A stretch of DNA of 64,000 bases, taken from NCBI RefSeq assembly GCF_009914755.1, contig NC_060932.1; one strand, given 5' to 3'. The notes below the pieces were generated by a model that was not told where the DNA came from, did no database searches, and worked only from the letters and a program-made list of their open reading frames with translations. The position numbers and the translations under genes are program-made. Shown here one piece after another: positions 1-13,742 of this stretch. Source of the stretch: the human T2T-CHM13v2.0 reference genome, Homo sapiens. Numbering within the stretch: the first letter of the stretch is position 1; the number at the start of each line of letters is the position of its first letter.

Positions 1-1220
1 TCCATTCTCCTTATAGAAATCCCAGAATACATGTATTCTGTTTGATGTTGTCCCCCAGATCCCTTAGGCTCTGCTCACTTTTCTTTAAGCATTCTTTTTT
101 CTTTTTCTTTTTAAGAGACAGTTTCACTCTGCCTCCTAGGCTGGAGTGCTGTGGCATGATTATACCTTACAACAGCCTCAAACTCCTGGGATCAAGCAGT
201 TCTCCCACTTCAGCCTCCCTAGTAGCTAGGACTACAGGCATGTGCCACCATGTTCAGCTAATTTTTAAAATTATCTATAGAGGTAGGGTCTCACTAAGCT
301 GCTCAGGCTGATCTCAAACTCCTGATCTCAAGGGCTCTTCCTGTTTTGAAGTGCTGGGATTACAGACATGAGCCACTGTGCCCTGTTTAAACTTTTTTTC
401 TTTTGTTCCTCAGATGAAGTTGATTTCCATTGTCCTATCTTCACTGATTTTTTTTTCTGCCTGCTCAAATCTGCCTTTGAATCCCTCTAGTGAATTTTTT
501 TTTTTACTTTAGTTATTATACCTTTTAGCTCCAGAATTTCTCTTTGTTTTCTTTTTAGGTTTTCTATCTCATTGTTGGTATTGCGATTTCCCCATAAGAA
601 ATGTATTACTTGTATTACTTAGGTTTTTTTGTTTGCCATGTTTTCATTTTCTTCCATAAAGGTATTTTCTAATTTTCTTTGTGATTTCTTTACTGACCCA
701 TGGGTTTTTAAATGATTGTGTTGTTTAATTTCCATAAATTTGTGAATTCCCCAAATGTATTTCTCTTACTGGATAAGTATTTTGTATTATTTCAGTCCTT
801 TTAAATTTACTGAGATTTGTTTTATGGCCTAGAATAGGGCCTATCCTAGGGAATGTTCTGTGTATACTTGAGAAAAATGTATATCCTACTGCTGTGGGGT
901 AGAGTGTTCCTCCAATGCCTGAAAGGTCTGCTTAATTTATGGCTTCCACTGTGATTGTAAGCTGTCAGTTTTCAAGGCTACTATGGAGCTGGAAGAGAAG
1001 AAGGGAATGGGAGTAGGACAAGTTAAAACACAGCAAAGCTTACTGTTCTTACTGATATTCAGCTGTTTTTCTTCAAAAAAAAAATACCCAGATTGCTGCA
1101 GAACTTTGGCTAATTTCTAGCATTCTGAAAATGTTGATTCTGATAATTTTGTGAGTTTTCTCATTGCTTTCATGGGGAAGATTATTTTCGCAAGTCTGTC
1201 ATTTTTGCGGACATCACCTT
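1..1220 (-). mobile_element. Fragmented old L1 (L1M-type) ORF1, endonuclease and 5'-region pieces
   Basis: T-rich antisense L1 motifs (ctgctcaaatctgcctttgaatccctctagtgaattt; gaatgttctgtgtatacttgagaaaaatgtatat); interrupted by an Alu. Confidence 0.7.
95..385 (-). mobile_element. AluJ SINE
   Basis: T-tail then gagacagtttcactct...ggctggagtgc...ctcaaactcctggg...gtgctgggattacagacatgagccactgtgcc; highly diverged. Confidence 0.92.
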
Positions 1221-3044
1221 GTCTTCCACTGAATCTTGATGTATATTTTATATATCATGAGGTCCAATTAAAAGAGCAGTAAATTAAGTACCAGTTCTCT
1301 ACGTGTAGGAAGGAGAATGTTAAGAAGTTTCACATATGTTAAGAAGCTCCATATTTAGTCTTTTCTGAAGTTTCCAATTTTCACTGGCACAAGAATGAGG
1401 CAGAGCAGAGGAACCACTGGGATTCAGCAAGATTAGCTTCACATTGCTTGTCTACCACATTCTCCTATGTAAACCACACTCCTGTGCATTTATATTCTTG
1501 TCTCTCCATCTTCCTCAATAGCTTGTTTCTGACTAGTCTTTCCATGACAGAGGCTGAGTCATTCCCTTGAGAGAATCTGGCCTAAGAACAGCTGTGTCTG
1601 AAAGGCTTTCCTTCTGTATGCAAAAGGAAAAGCTAATTAGAGGGAGGGGTGGGTTTAACTGTTTGTATCTAGGATGATGACAGGTTGATATCTTCTAATC
1701 CTTTTGTAAAACAGTTTTTAGATCAATAAAAATAAATAGAATGTATTTAGTTTCTTTATTCTTATCCTTTTAGTACTTTCACATAAAAAACACAAGCCTC
1801 CCACTACGACCAAGTAGAAGTAGTCAATTAGCATATATTCTGTCAATGAATTCTGTGATGAACCCAGTTAATTTAACTCTTTAAGCAAGGACATAGTGAG
1901 TACCTAGTATGGACTAGGCATATGATTAAATTTCTGCTGCCATTCTCCCAGAATTTCAGAACTCTCCCATTCCTCCTATATCCTGCTTGTGAACCGACTA
2001 TAGAATTAGCTTTATTTTTACTGTCCCTTACTTCATTCATAAACACAGGACAAAGTGATCCAGATGTCATACAAAAATCAATATTGTTTCTCTCTCCCCT
2101 TCTTTCAAACTCTCACTCTCTTTTTCTCTCTTTCACACACAGTGAAATGAAAAAACTACCTAAAAATAAGAAATGTTAGGTGAAGATAGTTTTTTTTTAG
2201 CTCACACCACTTCCTAGTCTTAGATAGGGCAACTAGAGAATGGCCATCTGTTATTTCTTTCTCTTCTTCATTGGCCTTGCTCACCATACAGAGACATGTT
2301 CCAACACTACTTTGAGATATTAAGATTGTGGGGAAATTTTCCTTTTGAAAGAGTTTACCTCTATATCAAATATGTGCAAGATATAATTTTCAAAATTATT
2401 TTATCAATTTACTTTGTAGAGTTCAGAATATCCTGGTTTAGTATTGGATTGCCAAGATTGATATCCAAGGTTTGCCTATTTACTTATTTCATCTTTGTAT
2501 ATAAGCCAAAATATTCTATATGCAGCTTGATACTCCCAGTTATGTGGGGGAGGGTGGGAACACTGACAGCTGCCCAGAACTGCTGCAGGGGTGGACGACT
2601 GGATGCAGGTGCACAGACTATCTCAATTTGACAGGCTTTAAGGCTTACATTATCTCTAGTGATATCCAATATCCTGTACAATGAGGTCCATAAAAACAAC
2701 AGAAGCAACACAGTTATACATATTCACCAGAGCATATACCACCACAATATTTACTCAGAGCTACACAAAGATAATGTGTAATTTTTGTGATCATTAAGTT
2801 TACAGTGTCACAGCAGGTTAGAAATTAAATCATGCATCTGACATTACGATACTTTGTTAACTGCGGTTTTCTTTTTTGTCTATACTCTGTATACTACATA
2901 AAGATTAGAAGTCTTAAGTTTTCACAACAATTTCTTGCCAGAGGAGTGCAAATAAGTGCTGGAGGAATTATTTCTCTGGTTATATTTTGAAGCTGTAGAA
3001 TGTTAGTGTGTCTCTCATTTTGAGATTCTATTCTCAGTGTATGC

Positions 3045-3210
3045 TGATCTAGTCCTGTTCTGCAACTAACTAGATCATGGACAAGTCTCTTGACCTCTGT
3101 ATCTCTATTTCCTTGAATTTAATTGAATTAGTATTTCCTGCCCTGGAAGTTATCACAAGGTGGTTTTGAGAATGAAGTGATAAGAATGCATGTGAAAGTA
3201 ATTTGGAAAT
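3045..3210 (+). mobile_element. MIR SINE fragment
   Basis: MIR core-like ggacaagtctcttgacctctg...ttttgagaatgaagtgataagaatgcatgtgaaagt. Confidence 0.65.
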
Positions 3211-4429
3211 GACTATTAGAGGTAGATAAGAGTGAAAACTTACCTCTCCTCCTTGCTAGGTTCTAACCTACAGAGAGAAGTACTAGTCAAATGGGGGCTC
3301 AAATTATCATCTTTTTAGGCAAAGAAGTAGTCAATAGAATTCAGGGATCCGAGAAAAGTAGATTAGAGAATGTGACTTAGATCTAAGTCCAAAAGTAGGT
3401 CCCCTTCCCCCTAGTCCAGAGAAAAACCTCTGTATTTTCAAAGTAAGTCAAGGGTTCTGTGCAGCCTTCCAGTCCACCTATGGCAAGTTCAAGGACTGCT
3501 TCTGAAAGGCAGGAGGAACTGGAATGCAGAGAGAACAGCATACCTCCCCACTGAGCTGAGCAAGCCCTCCCAAGGTGGGTTAGTACTCAGAGACATGAAA
3601 TGCAAAGGTGTGCACCAGGGAAGGAGAGGGATCTTACTGCATGAGCACAAGACCATCAAAAAGAATTATATTTTGTGCTACCAGTGAGCAGTACCCTGTA
3701 ATCCCATCAAGTAGGGAAATAGGCTCTAGTGGAAGTGAAGCTCTTACCAAACAGATTAGCACCTCCCTTTCTTGTGAGGAGGAACAAGCAGAAGAAAGAG
3801 ACTGGAGTGATGACTTCATTGCTTTCTGGAAGAGATTGGGAGCTTCCCCCTCTATGTATGAATGTGTGAAGAAGAGCAAGAGTCCTCCTCCCACACAACC
3901 ATTGGAATGAGGTATGCAAATAAGTATGCAAATAGGGTTTGCTTTATAGGGTTTGTCTCAGTGAAAAGTCCAAAGAAATTGGTTATAGAAGGTGCCTTAA
4001 AGGTCACTTAAATATTCCCCTCATTTTATAGTAAGAAGGGGCCAAGGGCAGGTTGGTCACTAGCTCAGAAATTGACTAATTCTCAGAAAGAGGAATTGGT
4101 TCAGAAAATAGAACCCACACCAGGTGGGTAGGACTTTGGTGGGGGCCCTGGGCTGCCAGAAAGCAGCATAAGAACACTGGGTCCTCTGGGGACCCAAGGG
4201 AGTTTGCTCTTAAACAGGGGAGGGGAGAGCAGAATGGATGTAGAGGAGAGGAAGATTATAAATTTGTTTAATGTAATTTCCTATAAATATTAAATTACAC
4301 CACTGATTTAGATAATCAAGATAATATCAGGTCATAAGCATGGTTTATGTTGTATAAATAAGGAATATGTATTTCTTTCTTCCTCCCCTTTGAAGGCTTG
4401 TTTTCTTCTTTGTAGCATTTACCCTCCAC

Positions 4430-4890
4430 TTATTACGATGGGAACAGTACTAGGCTTCCATCTGGGAGCAGCCACTCTCATTCCACGTGGCAAAAGTGGG
4501 GCTGGCCCTCTCCCAAGGCTGTTGGGAAGTCTGCTGACTAAGACCTGGCCATTCAGAACACTTCATTTCTCTGACCACAGGAACTGGTTTAGGGAAGGTC
4601 ATGTGATCCAACCCAAGAAAAGGACACCCTTTTACTGGTCCTCTTGGAAATGAAAATTCCTTTTGCTGAAGAGTTTATAGCTGAGATGCTGTGATATAAA
4701 CTTAGAGCTGAAGTTGGCCATCTTGCCACAGTGAGGAGGGAGTTGAGTTGAGAATAAGGCTGGCCCAGAGTAAAGCAAAGCTGAACGATGGAAAGAACGT
4801 TATTTCTTGTGATGTTTTTGAGCATCTTAATCAGGCTTGTGCAAAGTCAGCATCCCACTACAATTTTCAGTTACATCAGCCTTACAATTC
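4430..4890 (+). mobile_element. Old MaLR LTR (MLT1J/K-like)
   Basis: ctggccattcaga...gtcatgtgatccaa...ggccatcttgccac...ttttcagttacatcagcc, typical of late MLT1 LTRs. Confidence 0.6.
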
Positions 4891-5277
4891 TATACTCTCC
4901 TCTGATTTTGTTTACAGCTGTTTAAATAATATTTCCGTAAGTCAAATTCAAAATAACCTTGACTCTTTCTCTTTAGAAACTCTCAAACATGTTACCTGTG
5001 AGTAACATTTCCCTTTTCTCCTCTATTTCTGCTTTTTATTCACCTAAATATATTCTAACCTGAATAATAAAGCAGAAATTTATATCCATTTATCAAAGAT
5101 TAGGAGGAACAAGTAAAAGAAGAGAAACTAGAGTGATGACTTCACTACTTTCCAGAGCAAGGAAGACATTGAAAGCTTCTCCAAGTAGGCTGTTCTATTT
5201 TTCACCATTTTTTTTTTTTTTTTGCCCAAGACTCTTTTTAAGCTCATAGTGTAGAAATATCGCAGTAGGAAGATATT

Positions 5278-5805
5278 TTGCAGTTATTTATTGCTGTGTT
5301 ACTACTCTGTAACTTCGTGGCTTACAGCAGCAATCATTCTGTCATATATAATCATGTTGTCTGTCATGACTTTGACCAGGAACCAGCTGGATAGCTTTTC
5401 TTTTCCACATGGCCCCAACTGGGGTCACCTGGAGACATTCACCTGATTACTGGCCTTGTCTGGACAGTCTAAAATGGCTTATGCATGGCCTCTTGGAGGG
5501 GATGGCTGGAAGGCTGGGTTGCACCGGGGCCACTTCCCATTTAGTCTCAGAGCTTCTTCACATGTTCTTTCTTGGTGGATCAGGGCTTCATGAGTGAGTA
5601 TTGCACGACGTCTTAAATGTAAGCTGTAAGACTTCTTGTTATCTAGACTCAGAAGTCCCAGGATGTCATATATACCTCATACTATCAGTCAAGCAAGTTA
5701 CTAATGCCAATCCAGAGTCAAAGGGTAAAAGAATTAGACAGTTCAACTCCATCTTTCAATGAGAGGAGCAGCAAGCAAGATTTGCAGCCATCTTTAATCT
5801 ACCCC
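5278..5805 (-). mobile_element. Old MaLR LTR (MLT1G/H/I-like)
   Basis: cagttatttattgctgtg...ctcagaagtcccagga...tttgcagccatctttaatctacc antisense MLT1 termini. Confidence 0.7.
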
Positions 5806-5807
5806 TA

Positions 5808-6022
5808 GGTGATATAGTACAGTTGAAAGAGGCTGAACTCTGGGGTTAGACAAACCTGTCTAAGAAGGGCTTCATTACTCCTCGCTGTGATTTCTTAGCC
5901 TCAATTTGTAAAATAGGGGGCAATAAAACCTCTCTCATAAAGTTTTGAGAATCAAGTGAAATAATTTGTGTTAAGTGCCCTAGGATAGTGCCTGGCACAT
6001 AGCAGTCACTCAGTAAATTATA
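5808..6022 (+). mobile_element. MIR SINE
   Basis: actctggggttagacaaacctg...tgtaaaatagggg...agtgcctggcacatagcagtcactcagtaaat. Confidence 0.8.
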
Positions 6023-9000
6023 GTTTGATCTCTTTAGAGAGATTCACCTTTTGAATACAGCATATAAGTTCCCTTTCTATCAAGAGTAGAGTCCCTCTCA
6101 ATTGTAATATGTTATTAAATGTGCTGAGATTTTGTATCCATCTGTTAATTCTCACTGTGTGGAGGCATTTTGGGTGGTCAAAAGCTATTAATGAATTCTA
6201 GCTGCCTTTTCTTGGTTCCAGAGATAACATTATTGCTGTTAATAATTTTCAGACTGTTGCAGATAGTATGAATCTGTCTGGGGATGGAGTCATTTGTTTT
6301 GTAAAGAAATAGTTTCATCAAAAGTTAATAAATTCAGCATCTTTCTGCAAGACTGCTGTTTTCTTTCAGCATGGGGATTTTGCAGTTCACTATTGCTTTT
6401 GCCACAGACTAGGCACATCAGAGCTGGGTACATTTCAACCATGGGCTCTCACTGAAGAGTGAGAAGATCCAGTTGAGTGCTCAACAATGCATCTGTGTTG
6501 AAATCTCATCAATTACATCTGGAATCCTTAGTCAGCCTCAGAATTTTCTTGGTATTGACATCTGTTCAAAGAGGTTGTTCTATATTTGTAAAGTCCCTTC
6601 CTCTTGAGCCACAACCCACCCCCTCCCTTTATGTCATTCTAATAATAATAAATTGGCAGTACATGCTGGCTATTTGGGATGGAAATAAATTTTATGTTTC
6701 TAGCATAATGGGAAAAAAGAAGAGACATACATAATACTCATACTTGGAATTACTAGGCTCTGGAAACCATTATTGCTATATCCACAGCCAAGTCTGTGGG
6801 TTTACACTTGGCATATGAATTCCTAAGTGTTACTGCTGAAAGTTATGTTCAGGGGGTGTTAATAAATTATGAGTTTTCTGTAGTGTAAGGCTTAATGTTT
6901 TGTTCAGTGTTTTGCATAAAATTGCTGAAAAGTATCATGATTAGTATATGGGTCTTGTCATCATTTTTCAGTTGTTTGAAAAACTTAGTGCCTTTTAAAT
7001 GTTCCCACTTAAAGTTTTGTAAAATAGTCATCCTTTTATTCTCTTTGCTTGTTCCTTAAGATATTTGTGTTTCTACTTCTTTAAGTCATCTCATGTTGCA
7101 ATATTGAGGCAATCTGGAATGTGGGTTTCCAAACTGTGCCTTGAGCAGCCAGCCAGCTGGGAGCCCTGCACAGATATCATGCTTCACTGCTGTGGGAAAA
7201 CTGAAACCCTTCTCAACACTAATGACCTCTATGGTTCATAAATTCAAAGAAAAGAGATAGAAATTCTAATTGTAGCTATTGAAATCTCACTTTCTATTCT
7301 TTTAAAGATGTTTCAACTCAAGTGTTTAGATGAAACAAGAGAAAGGATGATAAATTATTATTTTAAAAATTGATGGTAGCACCAGTTAGATCCATAACAG
7401 ATTAAACAAGGTATTACATATATCATCTATCTTACTTCAAAATTTAATCTTAATTTAGGTAAGAATATAGCTTTAAGAAGGCATATTTTGGATGGGAAAT
7501 AACATTCATTTGCCTACTGATATGTCCACATAATATTTCTGATAATGCATGTATCAGACTAAATTTCTAGGAAGGAAAAAAAACAGATTGAATTTTACCT
7601 CATGAAATGCCTCACAGTACCTGTCAAGCCATCTGAACTGTGTTTACTCCATTGATTTATAGATATAGTAAGACCTCTTCTCTTACATGGAAATGTTCAT
7701 GAAATAATAATTGTACAGTGCTTTAAATCGCTTCAAAATATACACATTGCTCCCCAAATTCAAATATATGTACTAATTAAGTCTCATATAATACATACGA
7801 TAATTTCCCTTCATAATTACTTCAAAGCAACACAATTTTTGAATATATATGAGTCCTATTAACTGAAATATTTCCCTCACTTCCACTTTATCAACTTTCT
7901 AACTTTCCATTTATTTTCTCTGTTTGGATACATTTCATCACACAGACATAATAAGTAGTTACACACTAATGGAAAAACAGTCACATTGAACCAAATAAAG
8001 CAAGTGAAGGAAAGAATTAGCTAAGAAAATTTGTGGTGTTTTATGGGTGAGATGGCGTATACAATATCTAACATCGTGCCTCACATTATCATAACTCACA
8101 GCCTTCTTGCTTTCTTAATGAGTGACAATAGCAAATCTGGAAAACATCTGCCTTGAAAAAGAACACTAAGTGCTCTCAACTTAAAAAAAAATGTTTTTCG
8201 GCTATTACTCTATATAAGCCATGCGTATCATATTGTGGTATGAGATGTCTTAGTTGCAAGAAATCAATATTCTCATGTTTGATTTCAAATTGTATAGAAC
8301 AGGATCCCAGCATAATTCAAGTCATTGTGAAGCCACAGTTGGAAAAAAAGAACATGATTTACTATTAGCAAATCTTCAACAGTGCTGCCCAATTTCCCAC
8401 AATGATTATGATTTGGTGAAGGAAGTTTAGCAAGCTATTGCATTTTTTTGTGCAATCTAAAAAGAAAATATGCAACATAAAAAGAAAAACTGCATGAATT
8501 GCATGAACAAAATATGCACTCATGGGCATAGCTGACCTTTTCAATTGGCAGACATGTTTTGGCTACACAATTCAATATATATTCCTTAAATCTCATTACC
8601 ACTGCAATGGCAGCTGTAGTTACAATAAGTTTATCAACATTCCTGCCTGTGTTTCTATCATGAACAAGTATAGTCTCCTTTTTCCCTCACTATCAATAGA
8701 TAAGTGTTTGTAAGATGAAAGCATGACACTTCTAGAAGAAGGAAGAAGAACAAATTCCAGTATCAACTTATGCATTGCATTGATCTACCGAATTTTTCCA
8801 AGTGGGTCTGAAAGTTAAAAATAGCTGTTCATTTTTATTTCTCCTTAAAGTGGGAGGTGAGATCACAGTAGAGAAACTGCTTTTCACTTCAAATACATGC
8901 TGTCATTGTATTAGTACTATTTTTAATTTCTAAACTGTTACAAAAACATGGGGTTTGGCAAACTGTTAATAATTTATTTCCTGGATTGTAAGATGAATTT

Positions 9001-10424
9001 GATCATGGAAAAGAATTTGTTTCTGGTCTATCTCAGATATTTGTCATCATCTTTTTGTTTTTTATTTTCTCATTGCAGTCGTGATGCATTATTATAACAA
9101 AGTGTGAAAATTTTCATTCAAGAGTGACTTTATCCAAGACATTATCTCATAGAACAGCTGGTATCCTTGTTTGGATTGACCCTGAACCATAGAAAAGTTC
9201 GCCTTTGTTATAATGAGAGCAGCATCTGAATTATTTATTTTAGCCATTTAGTTCTTCATCTATTGTTATGTTTGATAAAATAATTCACATAAGCTGACGA
9301 TAGAGTTTTTCCATATACCGGGTATTAAATTACACATTCAGTTTAACCTCAAATGCTCTTTAACTATCCAAAATGCTTTGAAATCATGCTGGTCATAATT
9401 TTATTTACATATCTTTTTTTAGATAATTCTGTTTAGCTCAAAGCATAAATAGATTTAAAATTTTAATCTTATTAGTTCCAGAAGATAATCCTAGGGGTGT
9501 ATAAAGAAGACTGAGCCAAGTTTAATGGTAGCTTTTGAATATTTTAGACTGAACAGAATCATATACTGTTTACAGTTGCAGTTTGCATGCAGGTGCATTG
9601 TGGGAAAGTAACCCATCAGTGAAAGTCACACGTGTTCTTTGGTTCAAGTTTTTTAGTCACATAGTAAGAAATTAACAATGCTGTATTTGTTTTCTTTTTA
9701 ATATTTCTCATATTTCTTACTCTCATTCTGTAGGAATGCATTCTAATCCAAGGACACATTCTCATACATTCATTAATCCTTGTGCTCCAAAATGATTCAC
9801 ATGAAAACTCAAAATCAGATGGTTTCATGTGTTCCAACTTAGCTTTTGCTAAAACAGGCGTCATCCTTGGACTTGTCATCTGCTGAGGTATTGAATTCCC
9901 TATTTCACTCAATTACATGATCTTAAGAATGTGGCCATTTGCCATATCTGTCTCAACTTTGAACACATGTTTTTGCATCTAACTATTCAGCTTCAGGAAT
10001 CCCTCAATAATAAATGACCTGCAGGAGGAAAGAGTAAATCATTTAAAGAGCTACCTAAATAATACATTAAAATATTGTTTATGTTTAACAATAAAGCATT
10101 ATAATACAATCTTCCTGCTAAGAACAAGTTTTAACTCTCTAAAGCATGCTACTGCAGTATCTGAGTTACAAATTAATTGTTTAAATAGCAGATTTTTTTA
10201 TAAGAAGAATTTTTATTTCTTTAAGTTTTAATCAGGGTGATATTTTTATAGAAAATAGTTGTCATATTCTAATTTAAAACAGGATCCTGATGTGGAATAT
10301 TATAATTGCATAAAATTTATTGCCATGTGTATATATTGTATTACTTAGTTTTCTTCTTAAAATGAAGTATACAATATGTTTGTTTCAGATATTTATAATT
10401 AAATGATAAAATCAAATTAAACAC

Positions 10425-10562
10425 ATCCTTGTCTCCTCTGATAAACTTAAAAGTGACTGAGGGCACAGAATGTGTCCTATTCATTCCTCAGATGCAGAAA
10501 TGACTAGGACAGGGTTTGGCATATAGTACATGCTCATTAAGTGTTACTGAATTGATTTGAAT
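10425..10562 (+). mobile_element. L2 3' end fragment
   Basis: ctgagggcacagaatgtgtc...tggcatatagtacatgctcattaagtgttactgaattgatttgaat. Confidence 0.65.
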
Positions 10563-10646
10563 ATTTTGTCAGATGTAAAATATCTATTTTATTTGTGATC
10601 ATACAACTTTAGACTAAAGGATAAAATGTAAGACTTTAAGATTGTA

Positions 10647-10947
<301 letters not shown>

Positions 10948-11938
10948 TTGTAGGCCCTTTAACCCCTTTACATTTATTCACTCCTTTATGAGAAATATTA
11001 TGTAGGATGGGTCAAATTGCCTCTTTGTAGAAAAAGATTTCTGATTTCAGCTTGGAGATTAAGAGAGCTGGAACTACCATTCCTCCAACCTAAAAACAAG
11101 AAAAACAAAAGCTGTCAGGTTAGAAATTAATCAATTTTCTTGAACCCATGAGATAACTGAGCTTGCACGGTAAAACCTACCCTGAAATCTGGGAAGAGAC
11201 AAGTGTCTGCCAATAAGTTGCCAATTCGAATAATCTAGTAAGAAGATCAGCTAGAAATATTTAATGAACTGCTAAAACCTGAGTATAATTGTGAAGTCTC
11301 TGGGGGCTGGGTGTGTGTGTGGGGGGTCACATCATCTTGCAGGATATTCCTGTACAACTCAATCAGGCATTCATGAGGAAGACTGGGAAGAAGCCTAAGA
11401 AAACTTGCCCTGTGACACTGGCTGGAGCAGGGGATCTAGAAGCCATAGCAGTAATACTGCCAGACTCATCTGTATCATCTCAAAGGAAAAAAAGCCTTAC
11501 TGTGCAGGGAGAAGTGAACAAAACTGTAGACTGAGGACTCTGGGGAAAGGGGAGAAGACGTGCTTGTCCTAGTATTGCCTCTGGCGAAGGAGCAGGGATG
11601 TTTGTTAATGTCACAGCCCCAAGACTGAGGTTCTCAATGCCCATCTAAAGCTGAGGCCTAATAAGGATATCAGAGAATACCTCCTCCCCTTACCCCCCTG
11701 ACCTCCATCATCCTACCAAGTGTCAGATAAAATTAAGAGTGGAATACGGCTGGGATAACTGCAAGAGACCAATTCTCTATTGCATAAAGGAAAAACTTAA
11801 GCCAAATGGGGAGACCCAAAACCAACAAGGAAGTGATCTTTAAACCCAGCCTTACTTCTGATTAGATTAACATGAACCCCTACACTACAGGCCTAACAGA
11901 AGGAAAAGTGTGCTCTTCTCTAAGAATAAACAAATTTT

Positions 11939-12324
11939 TGCCTTAGTCAGATCAGGCTGCTAAAACAAAATACCATAGACTGGATGGCTTAAATAACAGA
12001 TATTGATTTCTCACAGTTCTGGAGGCTGGAAGTCTGGGATCAGGGTGCCAGCATAGTTGGATTCTCATTGAGGGTCTTTCCAGCTTGTGGATGGGTCTCT
12101 TCTTCCTGTATCCTCACATGGTGGGGCAGGGGGAGTGGAGAGGAGAGAGAGAGGGAGAGAGAGAGATATGGTATCTTCTAAGGGCACTAATCTCATCACG
12201 AGTACTCTACCCTCATGTCTTCCTTTAAACCTAATTACCTCCCAAAGTTCCACCTCCTAATACTATCACATTGTGGGTTAGAGTTTCAAAATATGAATTT
12301 TGGGGGAGTACATAGTACATAACA
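11939..12324 (-). mobile_element. MLT1A-type solo LTR
   Basis: cttagtcagatcaggctgctaaaacaaaataccatagactgg...ctcacagttctggaggctggaagtc...tatgaattttggggg...cataaca. Confidence 0.85.
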
Positions 12325-12519
12325 ATATGTATATCAATATCTGTCACCTTGCATATGTCCAACCATCAACAAAAGCTTTATGAAGCATACAATAAGGCAA
12401 AAAAGTAGTCTAACTTGATAAAGGAGTCAACAGAGCCAGACAAAGACATTACATAGATGTTCAAACAATCAGATGGGGAATTTAAAACAACTATAGTTAC
12501 CATGTTAAAGTAATTTTTA

Positions 12520-12846
12520 AAAATTTACTTTTCTTTTAAAATATTTTATTAATTACATAACATAATAGGGGTAACATGAGTAAAAGCATAAACATACAAA
12601 TTGCAAAGATATATTTTGGTGTCATAATTTTATATAATGCAATAAATAAGAATACTCTTTAATGTGGTACCTTGATTGATCATAAAGTTTTCCTGGCTCA
12701 TTTTTCTGCAAAATCACATCCACAGTTCATTTTCTGCAAAAGTCAAAAAGGTCATCAAAATTTTTACCTTTAGGAACTTCATTTTCAATCAAGATACTTG
12801 AAGAGACATCAGACTTTTTTTCTAATTGCGAATCCTGCTGTACCTT
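12520..12846 (-). mobile_element. hAT-Tip100 (Zaphod-like) transposase 3' fragment
   Basis: Minus-strand translation SSILIENEVPKGKNFDDL resembles the hAT C-terminal dimerisation region (SIENE...INFDDL), followed by an AT-rich UTR with AATAAA; no terminal inverted repeat seen. Confidence 0.6.
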
Positions 12847-13392
12847 AAAGAAACTTGATATATAATATTTGTACATATTTATGGGGTACATGTGATGCTT
12901 TGTTACATGCGTAGAATGTTTCATGGTCAAGTCAGGGTATTTTGGATATCCATCACTTTGAGCATGTATTATTTGTTGGGAACACTTTAAGTCCTCTCTT
13001 TTAGTGATTTTGAAATATGCAATACATCGTTGTTAACTGTAGTCACTATATTCTGCTATCAAACATTAGAACTTGTTCCTTCCAACTGTATGTTTGTACC
13101 CATTAACCAACCTTTCTTCATGCCCTTCCCCAAACCCCATCTGCACATTTCCCAGCCTCTGGTGCTATCATTCTACTCTCTGCCTTTATGAGATGATATT
13201 CATCTTTCTGTGCCTCACTTATTTCACAATGACCTCTAGCTCTATCCATATTTTTGCAAATGACAGTATTTCATTATGTTTCATTATGTTTTATGGCTCA
13301 GTAATAGTTGTGTATATATACCACATTTTCTTTATCCTTTTACCTGTTGATGGACACTTAGGTTGATTCCATATCTTTGCTATTGTGCATAG

Positions 13393-13742
<350 letters not shown>

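Noticed and set aside
3806-3900. Box C motif (GTGATGA) in both duplicated copies, suggesting C/D snoRNAs
   Set aside because: No suitably placed box D (CTGA) or terminal stem seen
9616-9912. 98-aa ORF in unique sequence
   Set aside because: Non-ATG start, no recognisable homology, no flanking splice structure
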